Part shown: one piece after another, positions 9,844-20,531 of the stretch
Position numbering within the stretch: the stretch's first letter is position 1
Layout: every line of letters starts with the position of its first letter
Origin: Sminthopsis crassicaudata
Taxonomy: Eukaryota
Reading direction: 5' to 3'
DNA length: 64,000 nt
NCBI RefSeq assembly: GCF_048593235.1
Contig: NC_133620.1
Coordinates: 101,186,852-101,250,851, forward strand
Notes under the pieces: model-generated
Database searches by the model: none
What the model was told of the DNA's origin: nothing
What the model saw: the letters and a program-made list of their open reading frames with translations, nothing else
Translations under genes and position numbers: made by a program

Positions 9844-12800
9844 AAACTTCAAAGCACTAGATATATATATATTTCCAGGACACTCCCAGGCAGCTGCCAG
9901 TGAATGAGTCTAGGGGAAGGAAATGCTACAGCAGAACTTAACAGTCCCAGTGCTGAAAAGAGTTTGTGAGCTCACAGATACCAAAAACACATTAATTGAA
10001 TCAGAGAAAAAGGCTTTCTGTGAACTCACACCATAACATCTAGTTAGATTGTGCAGTAAGGTCATAGATTTTCAACAATTAGAGAATAACTGGACAGTAA
10101 AAGCACCTTAACTCTGAATTACAGAGAAAGAAAGAAAGAGCTGGGGGAAATGAGATTAAGGAAGAATATTAACCCAATGCCAGCTACAGAATTATATCAG
10201 AATAGGAAAAATTTTCTGGCTTATTTAGTTTAAGCTGAACTGGAGTCCCAGATATAGTATCCCTTACAGGTGGTCATTTAGTCTTCACTTAAAGGCCTCC
10301 ACTGATGAGAAACTCCTTTTCAAGGCAATTTATTCCACTTTTGGACAGTTGTGAGTATTAGGAAATGTTCCTCCTAGTAATTTTCATATGTCATTCCTAG
10401 TTCTTCCTGCTGCAGCCAGGCAAAAAAAAAAAAAATGAGATCATTCATTTGATACAAAGTTAAATAAAAAAGTCCTCAGTTTCTCAAATCTTAGCCAACA
10501 GAATCTGATTGAATAGACTAAGATTTGGGCACAGATATTGTCTGGCTTTCACCCTTTAAAACTATTCTTGTCAAATAGCACAGCTTCTGAAATTTAGAAG
10601 GGACAGCATGTTTATTCATTCCTTTGTTCAATAATCTGCATATCAACAACTCCCTTGGTACACTGTAATAAAATGTTTGTGATACAAAAATGAATTGTTG
10701 AAAAAGCTCTGGATTAGGGGATCAGATAGACCTGAATCCTGGTCTCAGCTCTAACGTGTGATCTTTTATTGATCTGTAAAATTAGGGACTTGGACTAGAT
10801 CTCATAACATCCTTTTCAGCTTTCCTTTGACTGAAATTTTAAACCAGAAAATGACAAAATGGTACTAAATGAAGACTACTTGGTCACAGTGTTGTGTAGT
10901 GTAAGGTAGAGGAGAAAAAGACCAGTCAGTGACATCAATTAGCAGATGATCATAAAAATCCAAGGGAAGGATAATTAGGGCTTGAATAGAGCAGTAGCAG
11001 TAGGACTAGAGAAGGGACAAATGAAAAGACTTCCAGAAATCAGTTTATTCCATTGCAAAGTCTTTTGAGTCATTGGGACTCAAGAAGGGAAGAGAAAATT
11101 ACGGTAGGGAAACCAAGCTTGAAAAAAATACCACGACTGCCCTGAAACCCACCTTCTTCTACCCAGTATTGAAGTATCATCATTTCAAACAGTTGTAGTG
11201 AAAATCTGAAAAGTACTTTAGGATAGAGGACTAACTTGACTTTGACATCTTGAAATACTGTTAGAATGAGACAGAGAAGACAAGTGAGGGCAGGAGCATG
11301 CCTATAATTTTACATCACAATTTATTCCTTGGATTAAAACTTTTATCCCTGTCAGGCCTTTCTTGTCTCCTCTTCATGCTTTACTGTTTTTGGTGACTCA
11401 TTAACCAATGGTATTTCCTACTCCCAGTAGGCTGACACTTAGGTAAGTAAACAGCAATAAGTAGAAAGTAGAAGACTTAGGATTTTGGAGCTGGAAGAAA
11501 CCTCATGGCCTCTTTATTTTGCAAATCAAGAACCTAAGGGTCAGAGAGATAGAGTTGTTTTCTTGGAACCACAATAGCTTAATGGTGTCAAGAGTCAGGT
11601 CTAGGGCCAAGGTCTTCATCCTGCCCAGTGCTTTTTCCCCATTCTGTCGAATTAGCTCCCAGAGGTCTCTTTCCATTGGTTTTTCCCAAACAATGCATCT
11701 GTTATTAATGATATTGCTTCCTACTACAAAGATCTTCTCTTTCATTTTATTTCCATTTTTTGGTCTGTTCCTACAGGAAAAATTGTTCTACACTCAGCAT
11801 TTTTCTCAAGTTTTTCATCCACCTCCAAGATCTATAATTTGCTTCAGCAAGAAGTCAACCAGCTCTCAGTGATCCAGGTAATGCTGTTGCATCTCCCATG
11901 ATCCTGCCATTGATTAAGACAGGGAAAATCTTATATGTAATACGTATCAATACTGCCCTTAGTGGGGATGATGTCAAATAATGATTAAAAAGGACTTGAG
12001 TATTAATTAATATATTAAATGCCCAGTCAGGTTTTTATCTACCTTCAAGTGTTTTATACTTAGGTGTTTAATAAAATATTCAAATAGATGGATTTAAAGT
12101 AGTATCAGTGATTCAGATCAACCAGCTATTGTTCTGCTTGTTTGATCGTATCAGGTTAATACAGTTGTTCTCAATTTTCTCTGAATTTGTCTGTTTCATT
12201 ATTTCTTATAACATAAAATACGCCTTTGTATTCATATACCCAAATTTGTTTATAGTCATTCTAAAGTTGGTGGGTTATCTCCTCAATTTTTTACTATGAA
12301 AAGGACTTCTATAAATATTTTTAAACAGATGAATCTCTTTCCTCTTTTGGGGATATCTTTGTTAAAGGGTACTATTCTTTGGGTACATAGTTCCAAATTG
12401 CTCTCCAGAATCCCTGGACTAATTCATAGCTTCCCTAGCAGTGCACTAATCTATCTCTTCTTAACCACCTCTTTTTTTATATAGTAGACGATTGTCACAA
12501 AATCCTCTGGCCTAAAAAAAAAAAAAAATTCACTCAATGGCCAAGATTCTAGTGATAATCTGAACTATGTTTAGCCTAACTTGGTAGAATCTGCCAGTTT
12601 ATCCACCTCTGGTATAGCTTTAAGGATTCAAGATCCTTACCATAATTAAGCATTGAGTGGGTTATATAATTAATGATTGTGGGGCTGGTATTTGTTAGAG
12701 TAAATACCTATTCCCCAATGAATAAATGATCAAAGGTTATGAATAATTTTAAAGAGAAAATATGAAATGCTAGTAATATAAAAAATTGTTCAAACTTTAA

Positions 12801-13459
12801 TTTTTAGAAATCGTGCAAAGTAAAACAATAGTAAACTACCAACCTTGTACCTAAAATACTGACAAAAATGGTCTAAAATAAAATTAAAAGTTGGTGGGAA
12901 CTGGGGAGATCTGTGATATTTGCTCTATCCCTTCATAGAGTTGATTAGGGCTAAGTGATTTATAAACTTTTGAAAAAACCAATAATGATAATAAAAATAG
13001 CATCTGTATAGCACTTATTCTGTTTCAAATATTCTACTAAGCACTTTACAGTTATCATTATTTCCATTTCACAGATGATTTGCCCAGAGTCACACAGCTA
13101 GTCTTCAGGGTGGATTTGAATTAGGTCTTCCTGACTCTAGATGCCTAAGCAAATTTATATACATCAACAGAAGCTTATCTTGTGATTGGGGATCTCTTGA
13201 CAGGAAATTTATTACCTCCTTATTCAGCTGCCATTACACAAACAGCTTTTAATTCTGGTCCTCTAGCTCTTTCAATTCTTAACAAAGTTTGTGGGGATAT
13301 GTTGTTCCTATTATTTAACTTTTAAAATTGCTTAATAGTTTTTGGAGAGAAAAAAACCAGGGAGAAAGATATCTTTGCTAAGAATAGAAAGTATATTGAT
13401 TTTAGAGCTGGGGACTTGGATTGAGATTTTGTTCTGATTGGCTTGAAATTTAAAAATGG

Positions 13460-13462
<3 letters not shown>

Positions 13463-13496
<34 letters not shown>
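13463..13496. repeat. (TG)17 microsatellite
   Basis: Direct reading. Confidence 0.95.
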
Positions 13497-13498
<2 letters not shown>

Positions 13499-16246
13499 CT
13501 CCTAAGGAGAACAAGAGATGTTTGTATGTATGCATATATATATTCCAAGTTCATGCATTCTAGTGCAAATGACAGTCCTGTTACTGGTATATTTTGGAAG
13601 CTATCTCTTAGGACTTATTAACCACTTACCAAAAAAGTCACTGTATGAAATAAGGATCCCAATTCAGAATTATTTAAAACTTTGTAGATATTGTGGTTAA
13701 AAAAATTTTTTAACATAGGAAATTATGAAATTAACATTTCCTCCAGAGTAGGGTGAATGTGACAAAAAATATAAATATAGAGGAATCTGAAAACATTGTT
13801 GAGGAAATGGTGCTGGAACTTCCCATATGCAGGATGGTAATTGCTCCATAGCCAACAGTTAATCTGAAGGCTAAAAGTGAAGATTTTCCTTCCAACAATG
13901 TGCTTCAATGTAAATACTAACAAAATTATTATTGTATTGGGAATTCTAAAATTTGATATTAAGGTTATGAACCATTTCCTCTTCAGAAATTAATAGATAT
14001 GAAAAGCTAAGTCTTTGGTTTGCTTTTCTAGTGAAACCGTTGCTGGAGTGCAGAACCTGGAAAATTTAAGTGCTGAGGTCAAAATTCAGGATGAACAGAT
14101 GGAAACAGAAGCATAGTTCAGAGGCTGAATAAAGAATTCCAAGAGGTATAGCCAAGAGGAGACAGTTTGATAACTGTAATTTTGGTTTACTGTCCAAGAG
14201 TGGCAGAGTTATTCCTGTTGTAAAGTTTTTCTGCTTTTTTTCCTGGAGACCACTAAAGTCATATGGGAATGTGTTTTCATTAAATTGCGATTTTTTTTTT
14301 CCCCATTCATTTTCATCATTGAAATAAAATCAATTCACAGTAAGACTATATTTAAAGAGATATATAAATGTTATGCGAAATATCTTTGAAGATAATCAGT
14401 GTGATTGTTGTTATTGAATGAGAACTCACTAATTTTTCTGCCCTTGGATTTAAAGATGTAACTACAAAAGCAAGATTAAACACTAATCACTTTCTAAACT
14501 TTGGTTTTCTTACCGTTCTGTAAAAATGCTGCTTTACAATGTAGTTAAAAAGGGAGTAAATTTTGCATTGTCTTTTTGGAGAGATGAATATTCTCTCTTT
14601 ACTTTTAGTCCAGAATGAGTTCTAACCATCAAAATAAGTTACTATTAAATCTTCAGTCTTAAGACAGTTCTGCCAGATTTTCTTCTTCAGTGACCCTGAA
14701 GTGATTATTTGGGTAGTATGCAAATGAAATCACGTTTTGGCAATTTACAAATGTATCCAATTTAGATTTTCCCCAACATCTGATGGACAATAATTATTGC
14801 ATATGCAAAAAAAATTACTAAATGTTCACAAATAATGCTTGTGATGTTTCTCATTTTCCAAGTCTGATTCATTTTAAGAATTCAGAAAGTGAAGATAACA
14901 TTTCATAAATAATTTGTCAGTAGCTTTTTTTTTTTAACCTTTTCCTAAATGTCAATTTGATAGCAAGCTTGAGGTCATAACACCTTAAAGACTCAAATTT
15001 AATTCACATGTGAGGCTACAGTTTACAAATAAATAAAATATTTCAGTTTCAAGTGGAAATCCAATTCCAATATGAAGTGATAAATCTGTATGCTTAAACT
15101 TCATCTTTCACAAATTTAGTGTATTGCTCTTAACAAAATTTACAATTTGGTTACATTGTATAAGAACTTCATTTAGCCATGGAGACTTGTTTCCTGCTTT
15201 GTGTTCATGGTGAATAAACAATGTATAAATCCGATTCTGTCTGAGGCAACTTTTTAATTTTATGCTCTTTTATTAGGGCAGATAAGAAAAAGCACTCCTT
15301 CCACTCAGGTCTGTGATTGATTGCCTTGTCCTTCCACTCAAGAAATCATCAGAGATTTATGGTCTTTTTACATTGATTACATTAAGTTGGGGGGGGGGGT
15401 TCCTTTTTTTTTTTTTTTTTTAAATCAAGAATCAGTTTTTTTAAATATATAAAAACTTTAAGAATTACTATTTTTTATATACCTAATGTGTTTTAAAGTC
15501 CAAAGGGATACCTACCCTAGTCCTTAGCTCTAGTTATAGCCTGGAGACATCAGCTGAGCAGGCAAGTCATGTTGTTACCCAACAGCAATTTCTCACCAAA
15601 GTGAGGTGGAAAGAGGAACCTGAGACCTTGGCAGAAAAAGACTCCATTTCTCCAAAAAACTAAGGACTGGAGTGTATAGTGAAGTAATAAGAAAATTTGG
15701 CACCAAGAAGAAGGGAAGAACTACACATGGAAGCCAATGGAGAAGAAATTCATACAACTCACTTTTGCCCTCCAGAACTGATCAGGCCCTAAAAGCACCT
15801 AGTGCTTTTAGATAGCTTGAAGCTTCTATTTACCTATCATAAGACAATAATATTGGGCTAGAGGGTTGGCTATATTTTCCAGTGATTTTTAGCCCTAAAG
15901 ATGAAGTCATTTTGCACAAAGTAGGTACCAAAATGTTTACTAAATAAATAAAACTCAATATAGAGCATTAATGATGATGAGAAATACTGTCTGAGTCTTC
16001 TCTTTGGAGAGATAGATAATCTATTTTATCAAAGGCAGGGATTAACTCACTTGGATGTGTGTGTGTGGATGTGTGTGTATGTATATATCTTCCCAGCACT
16101 TACCTTGATTAGTAGGCATTATTTGACTGACCAGAGACTTTGTAAAGATAGTAGAAAAGATGCTTCTCCAAACTCTACTAGTGGATTCAAGGATACAAAA
16201 TGGATTCAAGAAATATCAGAAGCAAACCTAAAACGTTAATGTGACC

Positions 16247-16252
16247 TTTATT
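16247..16252 (-). terminator. Candidate distal polyadenylation signal of DSTYK
   Basis: AATAAA on the minus strand; downstream CGTTTTAGGTTTGCTTCTGATATTTCTTG is GU/U-rich as expected after a cleavage site. Confidence 0.55.
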
Positions 16253-19200
16253 ATACAGCACATCTGGTGTTTGGTGTATTCCAACATGTATACAGAATAA
16301 TCTATAAAAACCAAACCTGACCATTCAAAATTACACTAAATGAAGTCTTAACCCACAGTCGCGTCTCTAAAAAATAAACACACGATCAATCTGGCCCTGT
16401 AGTAACAACAATGTTATGAAAAGAACTTGGTGTAGCACAAAGTAGGTCATAAGAATCAGTTTGTTCCAAAGTAATTTCTTTTGTTATTGCACTTTTATCC
16501 TAAACACTTAGTTTGTTACATTTTCCTTTAACACTGTAATGAACATCAGTCCTTTAAAATTAAGACAAAAACAAACAAAAAGCACTACACAAACAAAGAC
16601 ATTATACAACAAACTGTTTTGACCATTTTTTTCCTCGGCTCTCGTTAAGTTGGCCTTCTTAGTACCAGGTGCATGTCACACATACACACACGCACAGAGC
16701 CCCTGTGATTACTGTAATTGTACTTGATGTTAACAAAGCACATAAATGAATTTTAAAATAAAACCTTTAAGAGCAGTAGTACTACTTGAAGACTGAAGGA
16801 ATTTTCAATTCCTTCAGTTCTCTCCCAGCCCTAGCTCTAGACCCACTGGGAATCAGCAAAAAATATTCTTATTTTTAGAAAAGATAAAAGGTGGTTTTCC
16901 CGGCAAATCTAGAAATTAAGTCTCCAAAGAGGGGGGGTGGGGGGAACCAGTAAAGATAGAAAAGCAGCTATTCAGTAACCAGGGGAGGGTTGCTGACCCT
17001 ACACTAACAAGGCAGGACTTTGGCATCACCATATATAAGTCAAATATTTAATACCCATTCTCTCCAAGAAATGGCTACATGGGTACCAATATTCCTGAAA
17101 AAGCTAGAAGAAACAATATTCCTCTTCTGCTTCTAAGTGTAAAAGAATAAGCCAATGAAGAAAATTTTACTCTGTGCAGTTGATAACCTCTGGATTCCAA
17201 AAAATTGTTTAGAGCAAGCAGATGCTGAGCATCTACCACTCTTCTGCACTTGTATCACCCTGTTTTACCTATAAGGAGAACAAGGCCTTTCTAAAAGCTG
17301 AAGTGAGGTCCTTTTGTTCTCTGAAGGTCTATTCAAAGACATTAAAATGTAGCAAAGAACACAATACTATAGTCAATAGTTGTGACTCGTGTAACTTCTA
17401 TGTCTAGCATTCTTGTTTCTATCCCTCAGACATTTAAGATTCTGAAATTTAGAATAATTTGGGAACGGCATTTAGTCCCCTAAAAATCTTTTAGAAAATA
17501 TTTCCATCTTTGGATAATCTCTGAACAGCTAGCACCTTCCTAATGAGGCTGGCTTCTAGAAAAGTGGAAGATTTATTGGGGAAAGGAGATTGCTCTGTCC
17601 TATGAGCAAGAAAACAAGCTATTTCTATGTAGCACCTTCTGTAAGCATTCCTCAACTTTCAGTAGTCTGTATTTGCTTTTGGGAATCAGAGCAAGGTTAT
17701 CAGTTGAGATTCCTAATTTCTTAGTGTTCCTTATTTTCAACTGACTTAGAAGATCCTTGACATTTAATGTGAGGTGAGTATTCTCAAACTGAAGCTAACT
17801 AATTAGCAATGCTACTTTATTTAGAAGAGAGTATAGAAAAGGATAATTTTTCCATGAGTTCTTCCTCTTCCCTTCTCCCCCCAAACAAACACTATCTTCA
17901 CTAGACTGGGTATGTATGTAACCCAAGTCTTTACAAACTGCCAAAATACTATTCAGGAAAAGATGTCATTGAACAATCTAGTATCTCCCAAAACATGATA
18001 CGATACAGTACAATTCATGATGTTCATTCTTCTCAACAACAATGTGACATCAGATGAAATCAGTATAATTATATAGTTGACAACAACAACAAAAAAAGCA
18101 AATATATTCCTTCCTATATAGTAAACTTGCTGAGTGTTTAAAGTAATCCTCCAAGCATCCAAGATTCTGATTGGCTTGGACAGTATGCACCTTGCTTTTC
18201 TCAGATTCCTTTTGTCCTTAATCTCATTCTGGCTCCCAGGGGGGAAAATGTATACATATATGTATGTGCATGTATACATATTTATAGTTTATGTAGATAT
18301 ATATCATATATGTTCATTCATATGCTCACACAGACACATAGAGAAGTATGCAAGCAAAGAAACATTAATCAAAAGGCCAAATCAACAGACTGGAGTGAAT
18401 CAAAAGATCTAGTATATGGAGAAGGAATACACTGATGTGTGTGAATGTAGCCATGAGCTAAGAACATCAGAGACTGTGGGTGTCTGTACTGTGAATACTA
18501 AACTCAGTCTAGACATTTATTTTTTTCTTCTAATTGAAACTGATTAAAATGTATGGAATAAAGTTACAAGGAAGAAATTATACAAGACTTTTTTGAAAGT
18601 CTACACAAAACAGATGTCTGTGCTATTATCTTTTTCTGTACATTCTCTACTTTCCAAGAGAATAAACATAAACCCTCACCTTCCCTAATTGAAGACTTAG
18701 GTTCCCTCTTTCACAAAGATACTGGTACCTACAGAGCCCCAAAAGAATACTTGTTAATACTAGTAAGAATATAAATAACATCCTGAAGTAACAGCAGATA
18801 GTGAAGTTCCAAGTCATTTACCTAAGTAGAGGAGCTGCACTAGATAGTCTTACTACAAGAAATGTGATGTCTAAGGACTCAAAGATACATGGTTGACAAT
18901 GTCTTCAATTCCAACTCAAAGGTTGTCTTTATAATTGGAACATCTGAGGAATTACACATCACAGCCCCTGCTCCAGATGGCTGAAAAGTCAGACTAGACT
19001 TTAAACTCTAGGTTCTAACACTTTTTTTTTTTTGCTCTGTTAATAGTCAAGACAATCTGCCTAGAAAATTCCAGCCAGAAATGCCAACTTGAAAGATCCT
19101 AGTTGCAAAGTATTCCAGACATTTAAAGAACAGAACACAACAAAGCAGATTACAGCTGCTGGGAAACAGAGACTGAGTAACAGACAGAAGCTTCTTCCAG

Positions 19201-19919
19201 CCAACCAATCATGTCAATTCTGTTTCTCCTTATTCTTCTTATTTAAAAAAAGAAAGGATTGGGAAGCTGATACACTAGGATCCAGAAAAGCTTGAAGCCA
19301 AGATTTGAGTAGAACTGAGGTGTCCACGGAGTCCTTCATATACCAGGAATTAGATCTCTTCCCCTTCACTTTCTCTGTGTGAAAACTCCTCAAGGATATT
19401 TCTATGTTCCACTGCTAACTGCAAAAAGAGGGAGGGAGGGAGCCTCCCACTCAGACAGATCTATGCAGTAATTGTGCACACTTAAGAACCTGCTACAGGG
19501 ATCTTTTCTTTCTCATCTGCTATTTTGTCTTCTAGCAAATAATATTTAAGAGAGAAAGAGAAGCAGCAGCAATAGAAGAAAGCTTGGTTAAAACATCTGA
19601 CAATAAGCAGGATTTTAAAATGTCAGTGTGTTAAATTCAAAAAATAAAGATTTGTTTTTCAAATATTTAAAAACACAAACTGGTTAGCTTTCCAGGAGGT
19701 CTGAACACAGATAACCCCCATAAGAGCCAATGACCTCCAGGTGTTTCTTATTTCTTGGGTCTTACCCAAACATTTTAAACTGGGTTAGATCTACTCAGTA
19801 TCACCATACCCTAACCCCAAAGTATCACTATTATCTGAAATTAGCCTCAAAACCAAGAGCACAAGATCTCACCTCCTCCCCAAATGTAAACATCTGGCAG
19901 TGCAAAGAACATTGCTGAC

Positions 19920-19925
19920 TTTATT
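19920..19925 (-). terminator. Candidate proximal polyadenylation signal of DSTYK
   Basis: AATAAA about 610 nt after the stop codon, followed by TGTTCTTTG and GATGTTTACATTT GU-rich elements. Confidence 0.45.
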
Positions 19926-20531
19926 TACAGTCACACAAACTCAAGGCTTTATGTTACTGCATTCAAGAAGCTCTGGTTACAGTCAGCAGGAATCAGACAC
20001 ATGTCCATAGAATTCTCTTTCTCCTTCTGGTCTTCTCTCACCTTTCCTCTCCCCAAATTCTATCACCTAAACTTGACATTTCTAAGGATCTGTCCTGACT
20101 GATGGACCCAACCAATTAATTTCTGATACAACAAAAGTCAGTCAAATGTTGTCTATATTACTGACATAATACCCCATCCAGTGCTTTGGAAAAACTTTAT
20201 AGATCTTAGAAATGAGGAGGTGGAATTTGCTCTGGCTTCCATGGCCAAATCTCCCACTCTGCAGCTTTTATCTGTGATCAAGACTGTCTATGCTCAAAGG
20301 GACAGCTTGGATCACTGGTGAATACAGAACGGACAAATATGCTGGGAGAACAATCCAACTTCTCACAGCTGACTGAAGTCACGATAGTCTGAAGTTGTCT
20401 CAGGTGACACAGCCAAAAACAGTTCCCTCCTGTGCTTCTTATGATGCCAAGTACTTCCTATGACCAGGGAGTTTAAAAACAAAAGAAAGAGGAAGAGAGA
20501 GGGTGGGAGAATGAGACAGAGAAGGGGCCTT

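Larger units (their letters stand above)
5568..15240 (+). other. Candidate unannotated spliced transcript divergent from RBBP5 (coding, lncRNA or pseudogene unresolved)
   Basis: Donors AAC|GTGAGT (5597), ACG|GTAAGG (5869), TAG|GTAAGT (11442), CAG|GTAATG (11877), ATG|GTAATT (13836). Acceptors with pyrimidine tracts at 11356, 11777, 13747 and 14032. AATAAA at 14128, 14323, 15028 and 15213. No product recognised. Confidence 0.4.
16225..20531 (-). other. DSTYK: DSTYK 3'UTR (predicted long form, ~4.3 kb)
   Basis: Largely repeat-poor sequence from the stop codon to an AATAAA at 16252-16247 that is followed by a GU-rich tract. The end point is inferred, not observed. Confidence 0.6.

Noticed and set aside
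11356-11430. TVFGDSLTNG, resembling the SGNH/GDSL hydrolase block I, plus a GANDS-like piece at 13564
   Set aside because: The frame hits TAG within a few codons, the two motifs cannot be joined in phase through the intervening exons, and the rest does not resemble IAH1 or PLB1. Treated as coincidence.
6916-11443. 13-mer gctgacacttagg present at both 6916 and 11431
   Set aside because: Tens of repeated 13-mers are expected by chance in 64 kb, and the flanks do not align.
14718-14725. Octamer ATGCAAAT as a possible snRNA distal element or enhancer
   Set aside because: No PSE or snRNA body nearby; the octamer also occurs inside L1 and MITE copies in this window.
14117-15240. SECIS candidates (ATGA...AA...GA at ~14418, ~14584, ~14690)
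   Set aside because: None forms a proper helix II with an apical AA, so selenoprotein recoding of the TGA codons in exon 11356-11442 is unsupported.
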